This document shows positions 9,983-17,349 of a stretch of DNA of 22,732 nucleotides, in pieces. This DNA comes from Pseudobdellovibrionaceae bacterium. GTDB taxonomy: Bacteria; Bdellovibrionota; Bdellovibrionia; Bdellovibrionales; UBA1609. How positions within the stretch are numbered: the stretch's first letter is position 1; the number at the start of each line of letters is the position of its first letter. The stretch is taken from contig JAUVAX010000007.1 in assembly GCA_030591685.1 (NCBI GenBank), positions 62,001-84,732 of the forward strand. The letters are read 5' to 3'. The translations under genes and the position numbers were made by a program. The notes under the pieces were generated by a model, which was given only the letters and a program-made list of their open reading frames with translations, made no database searches and was not told the DNA's origin.

Positions 9983-11038
9983 ATGGACTTTGAAAAGGCT
10001 TCATTTGGCGTTACTGAGACAAATGAAACGTTTGAAAATCGAAAAAAAGATCATATCCGTTTAAGTCTAAACCCTGAAAACGAAGCCGTTGGCTTTGCGG
10101 GTTTTAACGAGGTTGAGCTTATACATGACTCTCTCCCTGAGATAGACTTTTCTGAAGTAGACCTTTCACAAAATATTTTTAATCTTAAACACGACACACC
10201 GTTTTTGATAAGTTCAATGACAGCCGGTCATGTGGACAGTGTTGATTTAAATATTAGGCTGGCCAAGGCTTGTGAGAAAAACAAATGGCTCATGGGTGTA
10301 GGCTCACAAAGAAAAGAGCTTTTTTGTGACAAAGCCGCCAGTGAGTGGGACCGAGTTTTAAAACAAGCTAAAGATGTAAAGCTCATTGGCAACATAGGCC
10401 TTTCTCAACTTATAAAAACCCCTAAAGAGCAAATTAAAAACCTTATAGAGGCCCTTCACGGAGTTGCACTATTTGTTCATACAAACCCCCTGCAAGAGTG
10501 TTTGCAGTCAGAGGGCACACCTTTTTTTAAAGGTGGCTTAGAGGCTTTAAAAAATATATCAGATTATTTAACTGTACCGGTTATACTTAAAGAGACCGGC
10601 TGTGGGTTTTCGTCACCGTGTTTTAAAAAAATAAATGGTTTAGGCTTGTATGCCGTAGATGTGGCCGGTTTTGGTGGCACGCACTGGGGGCGTATCGAAG
10701 GAGCCAGGGGTCATAAAGAGTCTTTACAGAACAGAGCTTCTATTAATTTTTCAAACTGGGGTATTAGTACAGTTAAAAGTTTACTCAATGCTAAGGCTCA
10801 AAAACTTGATTATTCAATTTGGGCCTCAGGAGGGGTAAGAACTGGAGTGCATGCCGCTCAGTTATTAGCCTTGGGTGCTGAGGTGGTTGGTTTGGCAAAG
10901 CCCATGCTTGTGGCGGCGCTAAAAAGTGAAGATTGCTTGGATATAGCAATGAAAACTGTTGAGTATGAGTTGAAAGTAGCCATGTTTTGCACCGGCTCTA
11001 AAACAATAGGTGATTTGCGCTCAAAGGTGGTCTTATGA
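9983..11038 (+). CDS. fni: Type 2 (FMN-dependent) isopentenyl-diphosphate delta-isomerase
   Basis: RKKDHI, PFLISSMTAG, MGVGSQR, HTNPLQE, PVILKETGCG, DVAGFGGTHW, NWGIST, ASGGVRTG. ATG 9983 follows GAGAG; the ORF track start is 9965. Confidence 0.93.
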   Translation: MDFEKASFGVTETNETFENRKKDHIRLSLNPENEAVGFAGFNEVELIHDSLPEIDFSEVDLSQNIFNLKHDTPFLISSMTAGHVDSVDLNIRLAKACEKNKWLMGVGSQRKELFCDKAASEWDRVLKQAKDVKLIGNIGLSQLIKTPKEQIKNLIEALHGVALFVHTNPLQECLQSEGTPFFKGGLEALKNISDYLTVPVILKETGCGFSSPCFKKINGLGLYAVDVAGFGGTHWGRIEGARGHKESLQNRASINFSNWGISTVKSLLNAKAQKLDYSIWASGGVRTGVHAAQLLALGAEVVGLAKPMLVAALKSEDCLDIAMKTVEYELKVAMFCTGSKTIGDLRSKVVL

Positions 11039-12396
11039 GTGAACGTTCTCAAGACCAAATAATAAAAGAGCTATTTAGTGGGTTTTCAAAACTAACTCGT
11101 AATGAGCGTTTTGATCGTTTGATGAAGATGGGTGTTATAACACCGGACGATGTTAAGGTGTTAAAATCGCAAACAAAGCCCGAGGTAGCGTTGTCTGAAA
11201 AGTTTATTGAAAACGTAATTGGATATTACCAAATGCCCCTTGGTGTTGCCGCGAATTTTGTAATTAACAAAAAATCATATGCCATACCCATGGCCGTTGA
11301 AGAGACCTCTATCATTGCGGCTGCGAGCAAAACAGCTAAGTGGATTAGAGATAATGGGGAGATCACCACCGGTAGTATTGGGGATGTTATTATTGGGCAA
11401 ATTCAAATTGCAAAGGTGAGTGACTTTGAAACGTTTAAATCAAAAATTTTAGAAAACAAACAAGGCCTTATTGACCGAGCCAACAGTGAGCCCGCGGCTA
11501 ATTTAGTTAAACGCGGTGGTGGGGTACGAGACATAGAGGTGCGTAAGATTCGTCGCCCAGATGAGTACGAAATGGCTGTCGTACATGTATACATGGACCC
11601 ATGTGAGGCTATGGGGGCCAATTTAGTAAATCAAGTTGTTGAGTTTTTAAAACCATTTATTGAGCTGTGCACTGGTGAAACAGTGACGATGTGTATTTTA
11701 TCAAACCTCGTTGACTCAAAAATTACAATAGCAAAGGTCACAGTAAGAGGGGTTGAGAGCGCTTTAGTAGACAAAATAGTCGAAGCCTCAATTTTTGCCG
11801 AAGAAGACCCCTATAGAGCCGCTACAAATAACAAGGGTGTTCTCAATGGCATTGACCCCATTTTAATTGCTACGGGTAATGATTGGCGCGCAGTGGAGGC
11901 CGGAGTACACTCTTACGCCGCAAGAGATGGCCAGTACCGCTCAGTGACCAAGTGGCGTCAAGTAAATGGTGATTTAGTTGGTATATTCGAAGCGCCCATT
12001 ATGGTGGGGGTTGTTGGGGGTGTAACAAAACTTCATCCCTTATCGCAACTGTCTTTACGCATGTTAGGGGTAGAAACCTCAAGCGAGCTTGCCGGCATAT
12101 GTGCAGCTGCCGGTTTAGTGCAAAATCTTGGGGCCATTAAAGCTTTAACTACGGTTGGCATTATAGAAGGGCATATGAGGCTACATATACAAAACTTATC
12201 TATTGGTGCTGGGGCTAGTGAGTTAGAAATGCCTTTGATGCAAAAAAAATTAGAAGAAATTTTATCTCTAAAAAGTAGAATCACCCTTTCAAATGCCAAA
12301 GAAATTTTAAGTGACTTAAGGCGCCAGGCTAAACAAAAGTTATCTTCCACATTAAAACAAAAAAAAGAAGAGGGTGTAGAGCAAAATGGGGTTTAA
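11035..12396 (+). CDS. mvaA: Class II HMG-CoA reductase
   Basis: IENVIG, PMAVEETS, EAMGAN, RAATNNKG, GNDWRAVEAG, GIIEGHMRLH; catalytic Glu/Lys/Asp/His positions present; ATGA overlap with fni. Confidence 0.93.
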   Translation: MSERSQDQIIKELFSGFSKLTRNERFDRLMKMGVITPDDVKVLKSQTKPEVALSEKFIENVIGYYQMPLGVAANFVINKKSYAIPMAVEETSIIAAASKTAKWIRDNGEITTGSIGDVIIGQIQIAKVSDFETFKSKILENKQGLIDRANSEPAANLVKRGGGVRDIEVRKIRRPDEYEMAVVHVYMDPCEAMGANLVNQVVEFLKPFIELCTGETVTMCILSNLVDSKITIAKVTVRGVESALVDKIVEASIFAEEDPYRAATNNKGVLNGIDPILIATGNDWRAVEAGVHSYAARDGQYRSVTKWRQVNGDLVGIFEAPIMVGVVGGVTKLHPLSQLSLRMLGVETSSELAGICAAAGLVQNLGAIKALTTVGIIEGHMRLHIQNLSIGAGASELEMPLMQKKLEEILSLKSRITLSNAKEILSDLRRQAKQKLSSTLKQKKEEGVEQNGV

Positions 12397-13351
12397 ACTT
12401 TCAGCGCCCAGCAAGACTTTTATTTTAGGCGAGTACTTAGCCCTACTTGGTGGTCCAGCTCTTGTTGCGGCTACAGGTCAAAGGTTTGAGCTTGTTGTAA
12501 ATTTACAAGGTCACCCGGGGCTAGAGGGCATACATCCTGAGAGCCCTGCGGGGCGTGTATATGTAGACAACCCCAGCTGTTTTGAAGGTGTACATGTTGA
12601 GTTTGTCGACCCCTACTTAGGAGCCGGGGGGCTTGGAGCCTCTAGCGCACAGTTTGTATTAATGCTATTTTTAAAATCTTTATTAACCAAGGACTTAAAG
12701 TCGGTGAATGAAAGTTTATCAGCTCACCAGGTGTGGCTCGATTACCGACAGATGTTTTCAACAACCGACACCTGGTTGCCTAGTGGTGCTGATGTTGTCG
12801 CGCAACTTATTGGCGGGATCAGTTGGTTTCAGTGGAAGCCCTTTAAGATCGAAAAGCTCACTTGGAGCTTTGAGGGGTTAAGTTTTTTAGTTTTTAAAAC
12901 TCCACACAAAGTCTCAACCCATGAGCATTTATCTCAGTTAAAAGAGTTAAACCCTGAAAAATTGCAAAGTATAGTGCTAAGTACGATTGAAGCCTTAAAA
13001 AACGAGGACTCGCTTAAATTTATAAAGGGTTTGCGGCAGTTTGATGTAGCCTTAAGAGAGCAAAATTTAATCTGTAATGAAACCATTGAGCTGTTGAACG
13101 ATTTTAAAATGTCTGAGTCTGTATTAGCAGCTAAAGGCTGTGGTGCCTTAGGAGCTGATACTATATTTGTTGTTTGTGAAAACAAAGACATTGAGGGGCT
13201 AAAATCTTTAGCTAAAGTTGTTGGGCTCACTTATGTAGCGTCGAACAAAAATATAAGCCCAGGTATTCAAATGGAATACACATATGATTTTAAAAAACGT
13301 TTAGCATTTAAAAGTAACGAGAAGCCCTCTTCAACTGAGGCCACTTTATGA
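12386..13351 (+). CDS. GHMP-family kinase, probable phosphomevalonate kinase (divergent)
   Basis: SAPSKTFILGEY, GGLGASSA ATP loop, PSGADV, KGCGALGAD; lies between mvaA and mvaD. PMK is assigned by elimination because the second kinase looks more like mevalonate kinase. Confidence 0.7.
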   Translation: MGFKLSAPSKTFILGEYLALLGGPALVAATGQRFELVVNLQGHPGLEGIHPESPAGRVYVDNPSCFEGVHVEFVDPYLGAGGLGASSAQFVLMLFLKSLLTKDLKSVNESLSAHQVWLDYRQMFSTTDTWLPSGADVVAQLIGGISWFQWKPFKIEKLTWSFEGLSFLVFKTPHKVSTHEHLSQLKELNPEKLQSIVLSTIEALKNEDSLKFIKGLRQFDVALREQNLICNETIELLNDFKMSESVLAAKGCGALGADTIFVVCENKDIEGLKSLAKVVGLTYVASNKNISPGIQMEYTYDFKKRLAFKSNEKPSSTEATL

Positions 13352-14277
13352 AAAGTTTTGAAGCCTCAATGCCTTCGAACATTGCCTTAATTAAGTATAT
13401 GGGCAAAACAGACTCTGAGGTGAATTTACCGACAAACCCATCGCTTTCGTACACGTTAAATCATTTGAAAACTCAAGTTCGCCTCAGTTTAAGTGACTTA
13501 CCTAATGACACTTGGGAGCCTTTAAATGAAGGGGCTTTTGTAGCGCCGAAGCTATCTAAATTTGGTGTGGATAGGTTTTTAAAGCACTTTCGTTTTTTAA
13601 AAGCTCAATTGGGTTTGAGTCAAAATTTTATCATTCAATCCGGCAGCAACTTTCCTTCAGATTGTGGGTTAGCGAGTTCGGCCTCAAGTTTTGCAGCTCT
13701 TACGATGGCCACGTTTAACGCCGCTAAAGAAATATCGGGTTCTGATTTAAATTTAAAGAGCTTAGCCATGCTAAGTCGTCAAGGTTCGGGCTCTAGTTGT
13801 AGGAGCTTTTTTTCTCCCTGGTGTGAGTGGGAGGGGGAGCGTGTTGAGCTGGTTGATTTAAGTCTTGAGACCTTGCCCCACAATGTGGTTATTGTTGAGG
13901 CCGAGAAAAAAAAGATCAGCTCTAGCGAAGCCCATAGGCGTGTACCTTCAAGTCTATTATTTAGGGGCCGTGTTGAGAGGGCCACACAGAGGTGTGAGTT
14001 GTTAAAGTCAGCACTTATAGACAAAGACTACTCAAAGGCTTTTGAACTGTGTTGGGCTGAATTTTGGGACATGCATGCATTGTTTGAAACGAGCTCTCCA
14101 GGTTTTGGTTATATGACAGATAAAAGCTTAAAGGTTATTAATTTGGCAAGGGACTACTGGGATAGCCACGGTGAAGGGCCCATTGTAACCATGGATGCGG
14201 GGGCTAATGTTCATCTGCTAAATTCTCCCCAGGGATTTATCAAAAGCCCAGGGCTCTCTGAGTTTACAATTATTTAG
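13348..14277 (+). CDS. mvaD: Diphosphomevalonate decarboxylase
   Basis: PSNIALIKYMGK, NPSLSYTL, NFPSDCGLASSASSFAAL, RQGSGSSCRS, KKKISSSEAH, TMDAGANVHL. Confidence 0.92.
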   Translation: MKSFEASMPSNIALIKYMGKTDSEVNLPTNPSLSYTLNHLKTQVRLSLSDLPNDTWEPLNEGAFVAPKLSKFGVDRFLKHFRFLKAQLGLSQNFIIQSGSNFPSDCGLASSASSFAALTMATFNAAKEISGSDLNLKSLAMLSRQGSGSSCRSFFSPWCEWEGERVELVDLSLETLPHNVVIVEAEKKKISSSEAHRRVPSSLLFRGRVERATQRCELLKSALIDKDYSKAFELCWAEFWDMHALFETSSPGFGYMTDKSLKVINLARDYWDSHGEGPIVTMDAGANVHLLNSPQGFIKSPGLSEFTII

Positions 14278-14428
14278 TTGGGCCAGGCGTCAGGGCAAGA
14301 CAAATGACAGCCCTTATTAAACAATACATTTTTATTAAACCTGAACTCTAAGAGCGAGTGCCCGGCAAGGCCTTTGGCAACAATAAACATTAGTGATAAC
14401 ATATAGTTACAAGGATCCCCTCAGGTGA

Positions 14429-14447
14429 TCTAGAGCCTGGCTCTAGA
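14429..14447. repeat. Perfect inverted repeat in the mvaD-kinase spacer
   Basis: TCTAGAGCC-T-GGCTCTAGA. Confidence 0.7.
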
Positions 14448-14542
14448 GTGTCTATTCAAGGCAGCGCATAAAAGTGATTTTAGTTAATTATCCCTAAACT
14501 TTGCGGTAAAAGGGTAAGGTTATTTTTTAGGAGCTTTATACT

Positions 14543-15412
14543 TTGAAGGCATACGGTAAATTTATACTCGCAGGGGAGCATTCGGTTTTGCGTGGCGGTG
14601 AGGCTTTAGTGTTCCCCGTAAAGAGCCGGTATTTACAGGCTCAACTCAAACTCAGTGAAAGGCCTTTTGAGGTTCATTTTACAGGGGCCTCTAGTGATGA
14701 GGTTAAGTTAGTATTTTGGAGTGTGGTAGAGAGAGCTCTCAATAAAGTCTCCCGCGTGCGGGCAGACCTGAAAGGTGAGTTGAGTTTTATTTGTGAAATC
14801 CCTTTTGGGACAGGCCTTGGCGCTTCAGCCGCACTTTGTGTGGCGATTAGTAAGTGGTTTAGTAAGCTAGGTTGGGTTGAAGAGCCTTTTATTTTTGAGT
14901 TTTCAAAAAAACTAGAGGATCTCTTTCATGGCGAAAGCAGTGGTGCTGACATCGCAGCCGCCTTAGAGGGACGACCAATCACTTTTTTTAAATCCGGCGA
15001 CAGACAACCGCTTGAGCTTTTATGGAGCCCTCAATTTTACCTCTCCTACTGTGGCTGCAAGGGCATTACCTCAGAGTGTGTTGAGGCGGTTAAGGGGTTT
15101 GTAAAAAAGAACCCCCAAGAGGCTCAGTTTGTGGATGATCAAATGAAAAAATCCACCCAATTGGCCAAAAAATCTTTAGCGACACAAAAAAAAGAGGGTT
15201 TGCCGTTATTAATTAAATCTATGAAATTATCAAAAGACTGTTTTGATCAATGGGGTTTAACTAAAGGCGCTATTGGTGACTCAATGAACGAGCTCTTAAG
15301 CCATGGAGCTTTAGCCGTTAAACCCACAGGTTCTGGCGGCGGCGGGTTTATATTAAGCCTATGGGATCAAGAGCCCCCTCAGTCAATATTAAGTAAAATG
15401 TTTAAGCCCTGA
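14543..15412 (+). CDS. mvk: Mevalonate kinase (GHMP family)
   Basis: GKFILAGEHSV, IPFGTGLGASAA, EDLFHGESSGAD, KPTGSGGGG; TTG start 9 nt after AGGAG, with an in-frame TAG just upstream. Confidence 0.82.
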   Translation: MKAYGKFILAGEHSVLRGGEALVFPVKSRYLQAQLKLSERPFEVHFTGASSDEVKLVFWSVVERALNKVSRVRADLKGELSFICEIPFGTGLGASAALCVAISKWFSKLGWVEEPFIFEFSKKLEDLFHGESSGADIAAALEGRPITFFKSGDRQPLELLWSPQFYLSYCGCKGITSECVEAVKGFVKKNPQEAQFVDDQMKKSTQLAKKSLATQKKEGLPLLIKSMKLSKDCFDQWGLTKGAIGDSMNELLSHGALAVKPTGSGGGGFILSLWDQEPPQSILSKMFKP

Positions 15413-15416
15413 GCCT

Positions 15417-16175
15417 TTACCGGCAGCCACTGGACCACGAGTGCAAAGCGATGGCTGCTGAAGTCATAGCGTTCAGCGACTCGACTTGTGAACTTATGGG
15501 TATGGTGATTTTTTTTACATCTAGGATTTTGGGTACACCTTGCCCCTCTTCGCCAATGAGAAGCCTGAGGTTTTTTGGCCATTGAATGTCATTAATAGGG
15601 GTTCCATCTAAATCAAGGGCGTAAATTTCACAGTGGAGATCTTTTATCGAAGGCCCTTTATTTAAAAGTAAATTAAAGTTAGCCCCGCAAGCCGCACGTG
15701 TGACCCTGGGGTGAAAGGGGTGGCAGGCCTCATGTAGCAAGGTTATGTGTGTGACGCCAAAAGCAGCAGCGCTCCTTATAAGTGCCCCCAGGTTATTTGG
15801 GTCACTCATGGCGGTGAGTAAGCAGAGCCCTTTTGGGGGGATATTCAGGTCGCACACCTCAAGAGTTGGGGTTTTGACGACCAAAATAGGCTTATGGGTG
15901 CCAATGGTATCGAGCGAATTAAAAAGCTCCTTATCTAATAAAACAGGGGTCATATGGTTTTTGACCATGTGCTTTAGCTCTATTAATTGATCCGGGTCAA
16001 ACACCAAAATATATAAAACCAGTTGAGGGTGCTGAGTTAAAAACTCACAAGTAATTTTAGGGCCCGAAACAAGGGATTGAGAGTGTTTTTTTATACCCTT
16101 TGAGTCTGTAAGGCTTTTAAATTGGCGAAATAGGTCATTAGAAGAGCTTGTGAGTTCTTTCATGGGGCATAACAT
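15417..16175 (-). CDS. TrmH/SpoU-family RNA 2'-O-methyltransferase
   Basis: SDPNNLGALIRSAAAFG, LLIGEEGQG, TIPISSQVESLNAMTSAAIAL (SPOUT motifs). The start may be the second ATG (16163). Confidence 0.9.
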   Translation of the reverse strand: MLCPMKELTSSSNDLFRQFKSLTDSKGIKKHSQSLVSGPKITCEFLTQHPQLVLYILVFDPDQLIELKHMVKNHMTPVLLDKELFNSLDTIGTHKPILVVKTPTLEVCDLNIPPKGLCLLTAMSDPNNLGALIRSAAAFGVTHITLLHEACHPFHPRVTRAACGANFNLLLNKGPSIKDLHCEIYALDLDGTPINDIQWPKNLRLLIGEEGQGVPKILDVKKITIPISSQVESLNAMTSAAIALHSWSSGCR

Positions 16176-16197
16176 ACTCTATTTGTGGCCTGTTTGC

Positions 16198-16245
16198 ATG
16201 GGTCATTTGAGCTTTAGGGGTTTTTTTCTTTTTTGCAGTGTTTAA
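16198..16245 (+). CDS. Candidate Phe-rich leader peptide (PheM-like) upstream of pheS: MGHLSFRGFFLFCSV
   Basis: ATG GGT CAT TTG AGC TTT AGG GGT TTT TTT CTT TTT TGC AGT GTT TAA; 4 Phe codons; overlaps the first of several alternative stems. No strong SD. Confidence 0.4.
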   Translation: MGHLSFRGFFLFCSV

Positions 16246-16307
16246 CCTTTAACAAAACCCTAAAGTTTTTGTAGTATGGGTTTTGTTCGACTTAAACCTA
16301 ACCCATA
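16212..16307 (+). promoter_or_regulatory. Mutually exclusive stem-loops (attenuator-like) in the pheS leader
   Basis: 1:2 ctttaggggtttt (16212-16224) with aaaaccctaaag (16254-16265); 2:3 aacaaaaccc (16251-16260) with gggttttgtt (16278-16287); 3:4 tatgggtt (16275-16282) with aacccata (16300-16307). Confidence 0.5.
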
Positions 16308-16319
16308 AAAGAGCCTCTT

Positions 16320-17339
16320 ATGCAGAAAAAAGCAAAATTAATACTGACCGAAGCCAAGGAGGCGTTTGAAAAAAGCCCCACAACTAAACTACTCTATGAT
16401 TTAAAGGTTAAGTATTTAGGTAAGCAGGGGCTTTTTAGTGAGCTCATGAAGGGGCTTGGAAAGCTCTCAAAAGAAGATCGCCCTCAAGTGGGCAAAGAGG
16501 TCAACATTGTTAAAAATGAATTAGAGAGCGCTTATCAAGTGCGACTACAGCAACTCGATGATTTAGAAATGAACAAAAAACTACAAACAGAGCATCTTGA
16601 TTTAACTTTGCCGGGGCCTGATGCCCCGCGGGGCAACCAACACCCCCTCACGCAAACAATGCAAGAGATCGTGGGGATACTTTCAAAGATTGGTTTTACC
16701 GTACGCACGGGGCCTTTAATTGAAACAGACTGGTATAACTTTGAGGCCTTAAATATACCTAAAGACCACCCGGCTAGAGATATGCAAGACACTTTTTATA
16801 TTGATGACACCCATGTTTTAAGGACCCACACGAGCCCTGTGCAAATTCACACCATGCAAGATGAAAAGCCGCCCATAAGGATATTATCGCCGGGGAGTGT
16901 GTTTAGGTGTGATGCCGATGTGACTCACTCGCCAAATTTTTATCAAATAGAAGGTCTACTTATTGATAAAGATGTTTCAATGGCACATTTAAAGGGGACG
17001 ATTAGCTTTTTTGTAAAGCAGTATTTTGGTACTAAAATTAAAACTCGTTTTAGACCAAGCTTTTTTCCGTTTACAGAGCCTTCGGCTGAGGTGGACTGCT
17101 CTTGCCCTCAGTGCAACGGTAAGGGTTGCCGAATATGCAGCCATACGGGTTGGATTGAAATTGGCGGTAGCGGGCTCGTGCACCCTAACGTGATTAAATC
17201 GGCCGGCTTAGACTCAGATGAGTTTACGGGCTATGCCTTTGGCTTTGGCGTTGAACGAATGGCTATGATTAAGTATGGGGTCGACGACATAAGACTATTT
17301 AACGAAAACGACGTGCGATTTTTAGGACAGTTTAATTAA
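16320..17339 (+). CDS. pheS: Phenylalanine--tRNA ligase alpha subunit
   Basis: NFEALNIPKDHPARDMQDTFY, LRTHTSPVQ, HSPNFYQIEGL, RFRPSFFPFTEPS, AFGFGVERMAM; CPQCNGKGCRIC insertion. Confidence 0.98.
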   Translation: MQKKAKLILTEAKEAFEKSPTTKLLYDLKVKYLGKQGLFSELMKGLGKLSKEDRPQVGKEVNIVKNELESAYQVRLQQLDDLEMNKKLQTEHLDLTLPGPDAPRGNQHPLTQTMQEIVGILSKIGFTVRTGPLIETDWYNFEALNIPKDHPARDMQDTFYIDDTHVLRTHTSPVQIHTMQDEKPPIRILSPGSVFRCDADVTHSPNFYQIEGLLIDKDVSMAHLKGTISFFVKQYFGTKIKTRFRPSFFPFTEPSAEVDCSCPQCNGKGCRICSHTGWIEIGGSGLVHPNVIKSAGLDSDEFTGYAFGFGVERMAMIKYGVDDIRLFNENDVRFLGQFN

Positions 17340-17349
17340 GGTGTAAATT

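Noticed and set aside
14200..14277. mvaD C-terminal truncation or frameshift
   Set aside because: All catalytic motifs including DAGxN are present, 309 aa is plausible, and no continuation was evident in the spacer.
14413..14448. BamHI and XbaI sites resembling a vector polylinker
   Set aside because: Order and spacing do not match a polylinker; flanks are continuous native sequence.
17096..17140. Cys cluster in PheS (CSCPQCNGKGCRIC) as a novelty
   Set aside because: A common insertion in many bacterial PheS proteins.
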